Virus record (IMG/VR): IMGVR_UViG_3300035395_000183
Direction: 5' to 3' (one strand)
From: an uncultured virus (IMG/VR IMGVR_UViG_3300035395_000183)
Taxonomy: Duplodnaviria > Heunggongvirae > Uroviricota > Caudoviricetes
DNA length: 64,000 nt
Shown: one piece after another, positions 54,501-64,000 of the stretch
How positions within the stretch are numbered: position 1 is the stretch's first letter
Layout of the letters: each line of letters starts with the position of its first letter
The notes under the pieces: model-generated
What the model saw: only the letters and a program-made list of their open reading frames with translations
Database searches by the model: none
What the model was told of the DNA's origin: nothing
Program-made: the position numbers and the translations under genes

Positions 54501-56238
54501 TAGGAATTAATATATCTTTAAATTCATTTAAAAATAAAAAAGTTTTTAAAAATTCTAAATCTCCATATGTTTTTCCATCAATATGACTTGATGCATCAAA
54601 TTGATTTATAGATAAACTAATAACATTAATGTTTCCATTTAATTTATTTTTTAAAACAACTAAACCAAAAGCAATTGCTTCAGGAATTTCAGTTACTACA
54701 TCTCAATCATCATTTAAATATTCGGTTAATAAATGATTGATAGTTAAATCCTTTTGTAAATCATATGAATTTGTTTTAACTGGAATTTTACTTTTAATAG
54801 CTGATATAATAGCATCCTTTAAAATAGAGACATTTCGATTAGTTTGAGTTTTTACATGGTCAACATATAATTTAATTTTTTTTCTAAACTCTTCTTCTGT
54901 ATCCGATTCAATATAACCTTTTTTTAATCCTGAAATTCCCTCAAAGTTATTTCATTTAATCCATTTCTTGTCTTTTTCATAACGTTTTCTTGCATTTTCT
55001 ACAATTTTTTCTACATCAAAATCTTCAAGTCCTGTTTCTATTTTATATTGATTTCCAAGTAAATCAGATAATTGCCCTTTTAATTTATATTCTCTATCTG
55101 GATTATAATCTGCAATTACTTTTCTAGGAATGAGTTTATTTGCTTTTTGAGTTATTGCTCCAGTTGAATTTAAACCACTATTATTTTCAGTTCCTCTATC
55201 TACAATCTTTTCAACACTTATACTACCTGGATTTCCAAGAGTTTCTAAATGTATAGGAATTACATATAATCGAGTTTGATCTATATTAATATGTAATCCT
55301 AATAATTGTCTATATAAAGCTAATTGTCAATCTAAAGTTAACTTTTTAGCTGTATCTCATTTCTGATATTTAGTTTTAGAAATTTTAATTTCAAATATAT
55401 GTGCATTTCCTGATGTATCAACAGCTACTAAGTCAAGTTTTCCTTTTAATCCTCTTTTTCCACTTGAAATCTTTGAATCCTCACCTCAAATATCAATTGG
55501 TGTTTTAAATTTATCTCCATCAGTCATTATCATAATTTCACTAATAAGATACCCTTGTCCTTGAACCTGAGAAATAACATTTGTTACTATTTCATTAATC
55601 TTTTTAGTTCAATCATTTGTAGAATAGTTACCAAGTAATTCTGAGTTTGCTGGATCAGATAAAAATCGATCAATAAGTTTACTATATTCTTTATCTTGTA
55701 TTTTTAAAGAAATAATATTATGTAAAAATGTACCAAAATCCTTTGTCTTTTCTTCGATTTCTCGAATATTATAATATTCATTTAAAAGAGTTATTAATCT
55801 ACTTAAAGGAATATTTTTTAATTCATCAAAAGTTGAAATGTATTCTAGTAATTTTTCATCATATTTTAATCCGGATATGTTTTCTGTTGGAGAAATATTT
55901 TGAACTCGGTCTAAGTTTTCTTTTATAAAATAGTAAACTCTATTTTTTTCAATAATTTCTGGAGCTAAAATTCCTTTTTCTTTTGTTTCAATTCCTAAAG
56001 AATTATATAAACCTGGATGTGGAGTTGTAATAAACTCTGTTACGATTTCATTGTCAGAGGCAGTATAATCTGAAACTTTAACTACATTTAAAATCTTATT
56101 AATTGTACTTTTTTGAATCTCTTCTTTACTATAAATTTTATCATTTTTTAATTGATAGTTGGCTTCAAAAAATTTAGTAATTAAAGTTTGTATGTCGTTT
56201 ATCTTTTCTCCATCTTTGTAATAATAGCAATTTGTCAT
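51574..56238 (-). CDS. giant virion cargo/RNAP-associated protein with RecB-type PD-(D/E)XK domain, 1554 aa (TGA=Trp)
   Basis: Track fragments ending at 55609, 53899, 53383, 52240 and 51727 share one frame and all stop at TGA; motifs FGTFLH..GKLDLVAVD..IFEIK..*QLALY; TAA stop at 51574-51576. Confidence 0.85.
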
Positions 56239-56239
56239 T

Positions 56240-59200
56240 TTATGAACAATTTAAAGTTATGTTATTTTCATTTAATCAAGTTCTCATAGCTGGTTCTGTT
56301 ACAATTAGACTCAAGTTATATAAAGCATGACTAGAATCTCCTTTTGGTATATCAAATAAATCCATTAAAGGAGTATTTAATAATTCTACTGGATTTTCAG
56401 TATTATCTATTTCATATAATGGATTTACATCAGTTATAATACTTTTTAATCCATTTACAAAAGTTTGAAGATTCTCAAAGTTTTTAATAAAATCTTCTTT
56501 ATTAGCAATTTTTGCAGATACAAATTTAACAAATATTTCTTCAGCTTCAGTAACATTGATACTATCTATATCAGTAAGATTTAGTGTTGAATCTTGTAAA
56601 ACTGATTTAATAAAATCATTATAAATTTCAGGATGTTTATAGCGTAATGGGATTAAAAATACATGTAAAAACTCATGAATTACATCTTCCGTTGTTCCAA
56701 TTTTATCACTAATTAAAATTGATAAATTTTGTTCTCCATTTTCATCTATGGACGAAATAGCAGCATGTTGACCTTCCGTAAATATAGATGAATGCGAAAT
56801 TAATTTAATTGGAATGTTTAAGTCTTTAGTATATTGCTTAAATGAATCAATTAATAAATTAATAGCTTTATTTGTTTTAGTTCGATTTTCTACTTTATTT
56901 TCAACTAATTTATTGGCTTCTTTAAAAGCTGGTTTTATTTTTGTATTACCTACTTGTAAATATAATTTTGCTATTCTTTCTTTCAATAATTCCTCTGCGG
57001 ATAACGTTATTTCATGTGTAATTATTTTACCTTCAGGCGAGAATTTATTAAGATGTGCTTTAACAATATCTCCATCTACACTTATAATTCGATAAATGTT
57101 TCTATCAATTCAATCTTTATTAGTTTTATGTTGTAGTGCAAAATAAGTTCCAGGTTGAATAATATTTAAATCTGATTTTGTTTGAAAATCTAATTTAGCA
57201 AATCCAGGAATTACTACTAAAGATGTTAAATTACGTTCATATAAATTAGATTCTTGACCTTGTAAAGCTTCTCTTCTAACAAAGATCTTTGAATTAGATT
57301 TTTGATTTAAAACTTTTAATAATTCTTTTGTAAAATCTAAATCATCACTATTTATATGATTAATATCTTTATATTGTCCAATATTTAGATAATTTCCTGG
57401 TAATATAGAAGCTGAAGCTCTAGCTTCTTCTGATAAAGTCTTTGGAATAACATAACGTACTTCTACTTCTCATTTAGAATCTTCAATGGCTTCTTTAAAT
57501 TCTACTTTTCAACTATTAGCTCTTGTTGTAAATAAAGTATAGTTTGAAGTAATATTTCGATTTGTAAAGAATTGTAAATCTGATTTATTTTCTTTAATAT
57601 AATCCATTGATTTAATAACTCTATCACTTAGATTTTCATCATATGTTAGAATTTTTTTATCGGATAAAACTTCACCAAATCGTTTCTTTCCATTATCTGT
57701 AAATGTAAAAAAGTCTCCTTCTTGTGCTAATGTTGAATCTTGAAATGATGACATTGTTGCAGCAGAACGTCCTAAATTTTCTGATTCTTTTTTTATTTGT
57801 CTAATATCAGTATCTGTTAAATGTCGAATACTATTTCTAATACCTTGTAAGCCTTCTTTTGGAAAAGCTTTAATTATATAATGATTTTTTTTGACATCTT
57901 CTACATAAGAATATACATTATTTGCATCAACAAATAAAATACTTTTATAGAATTTATGTGTTTTTCCTTGATATAAAAATAAATCTCCAGCAGTTAAATC
58001 ATTACTATTATTAACTTCAGCAAAAGATTTATAATTATCAGTTTTTGATCTTTCTTCGGCTTTAATTAATTCAAGTAATTTATATGATGTGAATGATCTT
58101 ATTTTAGAATAATATATATGTTCAGATTTTGTTACTTTTCCAGATGTTTTTTCCACGGTTAATTGACCAGGATAAATACCTAAAAGTAAATCATTTCCAA
58201 CAGTATCACCTTTACTTAAAAAAGGTTTTATAATTTTATGACTTAAAGGAGTATCTAATTTAATATGAGCTCCTTCTAATTTTAAAACTGATTGTCCTGA
58301 TTCTCCTATTCTATATTCTGCAATTGGCTCTTCTCTCTTACGAAAAGTAAGTTCCCCAGCTTTAAATGTGTTGTTAACATATTTAATTTCTCCAAATGAA
58401 TTTTTAATAACTCCATAAATTGCAACTTGATTATTGGGACGTTTATATATACCTGTAACTAAACCATATGTTCCTTCTGAACCTTCCGGAAATTTTACAA
58501 TATCTTTATTTACAATAATATTTTCAAGAGCATTTTCATATAAATTATCGAAAATTGTTTCAGATGGAGCAAAATACATATTTTTATTAGTAGTTTCTAA
58601 TTCAAAGAAAGAAAGTTGTCTTTCCTTAAATTCTTTTTCTACTTGTAATTCATTTTCTACAAACTGAATATCTTGTAATTGTTTAAATAAATTATCTTTT
58701 CCATATGAATTAGGATGTAGTTGTCAAAATAATGATTTTATAGCCTTAATAAGTCCTACTGTATCTGGATTAATTGTTTTAGCTACTAATGTTAAAATCT
58801 GATTAATTTGAGATACAGTTTTTGCATCTGTAGCTTTAGTCAACATTTTTTCAAACGTAGATGGAATAATTTTATTTTCTACAATTGTGCCACGAAAAAA
58901 AGTTTGAATATCAAATGTATTTATATCAAAAGTCTTATCTTCTTTTAAAATACTTACTAAACTTTCAATATTTACTTTAGTAGCTTCTCTTTTAAATAAT
59001 CCTAAAAATAAAGATAAATCATCATCTGTTTCATAAATAACAACATCATCAGTACTTCAAGCTTTTCCTATAAATGAATCATTTACTGAATATAATAAAT
59101 GCGAATCATTATTTTTAAAATGTTTTACATTTAACGTAGATAATAATAATTGAAGATTTTCTGTAATTTCTGTATTAAAATAATTTTGTAAATTTTCTAA

Positions 59201-59692
59201 ATTTTTAGATTTAATTCTATCTTTTTCTTCTTTTAATGTTGTTGTTCCTAAAACTCCGACAACACCTAAGCCTTTAAAATAATTTAAATCTCTTTTCTTT
59301 AATAACTTTGCTTTTAAACTTTTAACCTTCTCATTTACTTCGCCTTTCTTTGTTCCCTCTCAAATATAATTTTTAATAGCTTGTTCAATATTTGCATACG
59401 TGCCCGATTCTATTATTAATTTATTAACAGTTTGATATAGATTATCAATTTCAGAACTTTTTTTAATTATATTTTTAAGAACTGTTTGATGTATTTTAAA
59501 AGAGGTTTCTTCAGTAATTAAATCTGCCAATTTGGCTAATATTTTATCTTTTTTCTCAACGTTTTCTTCTGCATTATAGCTATTGAAAAGCTCATCTATT
59601 TTTGGATTTTGTCCATCAAGATTATTAAAACTAGTGGAGAGTTCTATGACATCTCCACTAGGTAATTTTAACAAATATTTACATTTTGCCAT
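56240..59692 (-). CDS. giant virion cargo protein with C-terminal zincin-like HExxH motif, 1150 aa (TGA=Trp)
   Basis: Fragments ending at 59360, 57509 and 56276 share one frame and stop at TGA; VIHEFLH motif; TAA stop at 56240-56242. Confidence 0.85.
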
Positions 59693-59695
59693 AAT

Positions 59696-62600
59696 TTAAC
59701 ATTCAAATTTAATTATAAATCCTTTACTTTTAATCAATTGAATTACTTCATGTAATTCTGCTCATCCTTTTTTAACTTCCGGGGTTTCTGTCATAGAGGT
59801 AACAATTACGAAATCTCCATTACTAGAATTTAACTCACTTCCTAAACCTTTGATTGCTAAGGAACCTTGTTTATGTAAAGAATAAAAAAGTAAATCATTT
59901 TCTAATTCTGTTTTTATTTTTTTTCTAAGTTCTAATATTTTTAATTTATCTTCATTTCGTTGAGCAAGTAAGTACTCTGGATCGCGAGATAATTCTTTTT
60001 CCAAATCATATAAATTTAATTCTCCACTATCAATTTTAGAAGAAAACATTACATAATCATAACCTAAAGAATCTTCTTCTTTAATATAATCCTCAAATAA
60101 TGGAGTTAAACGTAATGCACCATAACGCTCATTATTTAATGTTAGATTATAGATATAAAATAAATCTCTTCATTTTACTAAATTATTTTGTGTATTTTTT
60201 ACTAATGTATTTGTATCATGAGAAATATCTAATTCATTAAAAGCTTTTATTAATTTCTGTGCTTTGTCTTTAGTTACAGCATTATTAATAGCACTTAAAG
60301 GAAATGTTGATGTAATACCTTGAGTTTTAATTCCTAAAATATTTCTAATATTAGTTTGAACTTTTAACGAATCTAATAATATATTAGATTTAGTTTGTAA
60401 CATTGGAAGTAAAATACTTTCCATTAATCGCTTAAAGTTTGCAATTCCAAAATTAGTATCTAATGTAATAATAGTATTTTCTGTATCAGTTTCATTAACT
60501 AATATTGAATTATCATTTATATACTTGGCATTTCGAGCGTTATCAGATGTATATACTCTAAAATTATTTATTTTAGTTAACCCAGCATCAAAGTTCATAC
60601 TATTTACTTTTCGTAATAATTCAGTAACATTAAATGAATACTTTTTCAGTTCATCAGTTTTTAATCATTCACTAATTAATCTAATATCAATTCCTGCTAA
60701 TCCTTTTGAAATAATATTATCAGTAATTTTTGGATAAAATGATGGATTGCCAAATTGATTTACAATATTTGAAGAATTAGATACTATTCGATGAGAATTT
60801 TCACGAATTGTAGTTTTAATTAACGAAAACGCTGTATTATATTTAACAGATGATTTTAATAAAATCTCATGTGTTAATGCTAATCCATTAATCATTTCTC
60901 TAAAATGAGGCAAATCATCTATTACATCAAATATATTAAAAGTACTTTTTATTAAATTATAATACTCTTTAGTAGCTTCTCTATACAGAACATTTTCAGG
61001 TTTAAAATAGATTTGAAAATCAAAATTTCCTCCAATAATATTTAACTGGCCTGCTTTTAATAAAGTCTTTTTTACATAAGCTACATCAAGACTTGCATCT
61101 AAAGAAGTATTATATTTAAAAATTAATCCAATTAATTTATCTAATTTAGTATTAGCTTCTGCTACTTTAACTAAATCTTTTGAATCCTTATTATTCATTC
61201 AAAAATTTAAATCAGCAACGTTATTTGAAAATACATGATTTTCTCTTGCATAAACCGCTGTTTCAAAGTTAGATAAATATTTGTTAATTTCTTGAATATT
61301 TGCTGATGTTTTTTGGTTAACAGATAAAAATTTAGCTAATACTTTAACTTCTTGTGCCCCTTGAAAAATTTCTTTTAATGTTTTAGCATTTTGGACCTTT
61401 TCAGGATTTTCATCACCGTATTCTTTAATCAATTTAGTAAAAATAGTAGCTACTACTGGTTTTTTAGGATTAAAAAAAGCATTTACTTCCAATGCATCAA
61501 TAACATCTTCCATAACATCATTAGTCATAATATTTGCAACTTGTGTAGGAGTAAATCCAAGAATCATCAAATAAATATGCATAGATGCTAATTCAACATT
61601 TGCATTAATTTTAGCCATAAGTAACTCTTTTGCATTATCGGTAGCAGCACTAGTAAAACCAGATAAAGCTAAGGCAGCATTAGTTCTTCTTAATTCAAAA
61701 TCTCCAATAGATTTTTGTAAAGATGTAATTTGTTTTTGTTGAATATTCACATCCGCAATCATTCCAAGTTTATAAGGTGTTACTACACCGTTATTAATAA
61801 AATTGAATTGTTTTGAAAATGTTTTATTACTCTGTCGTAAAGCATCAGCTTTATTTTCAAAGAAGTTATTAAAATAACTATTATAATATGTACTTAATGC
61901 AAAAAATGCTTTTAATCCATTTGCTGCAATACCTACATCATCTTTACCAACTGCAGCATCTCGTTGTTGTTTATACATACTAAACATATCATACATAGAT
62001 AAAATCGTTGGAGGTTTAGTCTTTTTACTTAAAGCTTCTTTAGCAGCTTGGTGCCAATCATCAATATTAATTGGTGTATTTGCTAATAAATAATTACTTG
62101 GTGATGAAATAACTTGTTTAATTGTGGACGCTGTAAGATTTTTTAATGATTCATTATTATATAAATGTTTTTTATTTTTATTAAAATTGTTTAATATAAC
62201 AACAAATCCTTTTAATAACTCTTCATTGCCATTAATTGAAATTCCTGTAGTAATAGGAGGATGATTTTTTTCTGATAATTGTTTAACATTTACATTATTA
62301 ATTTTTCGCAAAATTGTATTCAAAACTTTTAATTGTTCTGCTGAAAATTCATTAAATGCTAATGAAGGATTAGCATAAAATTTAATAAAATCCTCTGTTA
62401 AATCTAGCCCTCCTTCAACTAATTCTACAATTGTAGCATTTGGTAAAGGTAGTTTTTCTAACTCATGTAATTGTTCAATAGATGAATAATTATCAATAGA
62501 TCCTCAGGTATTAAATTGTCCATTACCTGAGAAACTACTTCCTAAAATATATGCTTTATCAATATCAAAGTCAGAACCTTGTAATCAAATTTGTCAGATA

Positions 62601-64000
62601 GATACATAAGCATCATTTGATTTCGTTTTAAGGTATGCTACATTTTTCATTTCCATAAACGATTGCATAGATTGTGATGGAATACGAGCAGCTACAAATT
62701 CATGAGATTTTTCTCAAGAGGCATACATTTTTTTACCTAATTGAGAAATAATACTATTTTTATTTAACAAAAATCATTTATCCTTTATAGATTTATCTCC
62801 AATAGAATAACCAGAAAACTTTGAAAACTCCTGTAAAGTTAAACTATTAAAACTAATTCGTCTAGATTTAAATGATGGGGCAGCTACTTTTTCAGTTTTT
62901 CTTTCTGCTATTTTTGCAGCTGTTTCTGTATCCTCTACTTCTTCAAACAAATCAAATTTGTTATTCATTAAAGGAATAAAACTTCTAATATTTCCTTTAA
63001 ATGATTTAATTAAATCTTTTAAATTTTGATCAAAATCTTTAACTTTATTAGTATGAGTTTCTTTTCCTAATTTAAATGATGCAACTGCTTTAATATAAAT
63101 AACTTCTTTTCCATTTTCCATCCTTATACTTACATTTTTAGTATCAGGGATTGTATATAGAATCTCTCCTTTTTGATTTCTTCTAACAAAACGTTGATTA
63201 ACTCCATCCTCTTCCATTGGATGTTCTAGAGTAATATTTAAACTATAATCATTTCCAGGAAGATTATCAGTGTATTTAACATATATTGGAGAATCATAAT
63301 TGTTTAAATATAATTTAATATCAGCAACTGTACTATCATCATGAAAATCTTTTTCTAATAATTTCTCAAAATATGCAGAACCTTGCTGTTTAATTTCATA
63401 CATTGAATCCTCAAAGTTACGATTAAATTTAGATTGATAAATATCTCCTAAAATTAATTCAGCTGCATTAAATTTATAATTTGTAATTAATGAACTATTA
63501 GAATCATCATATAATTGTTGCACATCAGAAAATATTGCATTGAAATTATCAGTTTTAAATAAACCTACTTTATTATTAAATTTGGTTGTAATATCAACAG
63601 GATTCATTACTCTATTAGTTTCTAATAACTCTAAGTTTCTTTGAGTCCATTTATTTAATAAAGTGTTTAATAATTTAGCTGTTTCTTCTAATTTAGTAGT
63701 TAAACTAATAAATAAATCAAATCCTGTAAAATCTTTAAAGAAATTAGATAAAATAATATAATCTGTAGATGTTTGATCAATTACTTTTCTATTTTTTAAA
63801 TCATCAATAATTTCATTTAATTTATATCTTAAACGTACAGAATCAAAGTCAAATACATTTTTTTGAATTCCATTAACTACATATGTAATTTCAGAAGGTT
63901 TTAAATCTCTTGGTTTATTTATAATTTTAGTTATTGGTTCACTAGTTTTAGTTCCTTTATATTTATAATATAATCCAGGATTAAATAATGTTTTAATCAT
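59696..64000 (-). CDS. crAss-type virion DNA-dependent RNA polymerase, catalytic subunit, 5'-truncated by the window edge (TGA=Trp)
   Basis: Fragments ending at 62774, 61199, 60665, 60170 and 59762 share one frame; FVAARIPSQSMQSFM..VSI*QI*LQGSDFDIDK (DFDID at 62558-62572), VGKDDVGIAANG, SAATDNAKELL. Confidence 0.9.

Noticed and set aside
5609..61591. Short antisense or alternate-frame track ORFs (e.g. 5609, 20133, 27217, 27835, 33244, 43566, 46470, 56814, 58434, 60525)
   Set aside because: They are shadows of well-supported genes and show no motifs.
51574..64000. Pseudogenised or error-ridden region
   Set aside because: Fragments stay in frame, the breaks I checked are all TGA, and several fall at conserved Trp positions.
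1..64000. CRISPR array or diversity-generating retroelement
   Set aside because: No regularly spaced direct repeats, reverse transcriptase or template/variable repeat pair was seen.

Overview
AT-rich segment of a large Crassvirales-like (crAss-like) phage genome, probably infecting Bacteroidota (TAnnTTTG promoters). On the + strand, 1-8.5 kb is a tRNA cluster (10 intact tRNA genes, tRNA fragments and free-standing homing endonucleases), and 8.5-50.7 kb holds early/middle genes: PolA, SF2 and DnaB helicases, primase, an AAA ATPase split by two group I introns, NrdJ, ThyX, dUTPase, DNA and RNA ligases, ClpP and ferritin. A GH73 muramidase follows. On the - strand, 51.6-64 kb holds three giant virion RNA polymerase/cargo genes. 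The ORF track is misleading because the phage appears to use two genetic codes. TGA reads as Trp in the late genes, the muramidase and four of five homing endonucleases, whereas ordinary early/middle genes use only TGG for Trp and sometimes TGA as stop. The most striking observations are: (i) two middle-region genes (SF2 helicase and Holliday-junction resolvase) each carry a single TGA at codon 12-14, a possible recoding-dependent expression gate; (ii) an HNH cassette has split a resident tRNA-Leu(UAG) gene while supplying a complete replacement tRNA-Leu(UAG); (iii) a 34-nt micro-exon lies between two group I introns; (iv) a 61-nt minimal tRNA-like element and several candidate structured RNAs lie between the tRNAs. 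All calls are from reading the sequence by eye; no searches or folding programs were run.
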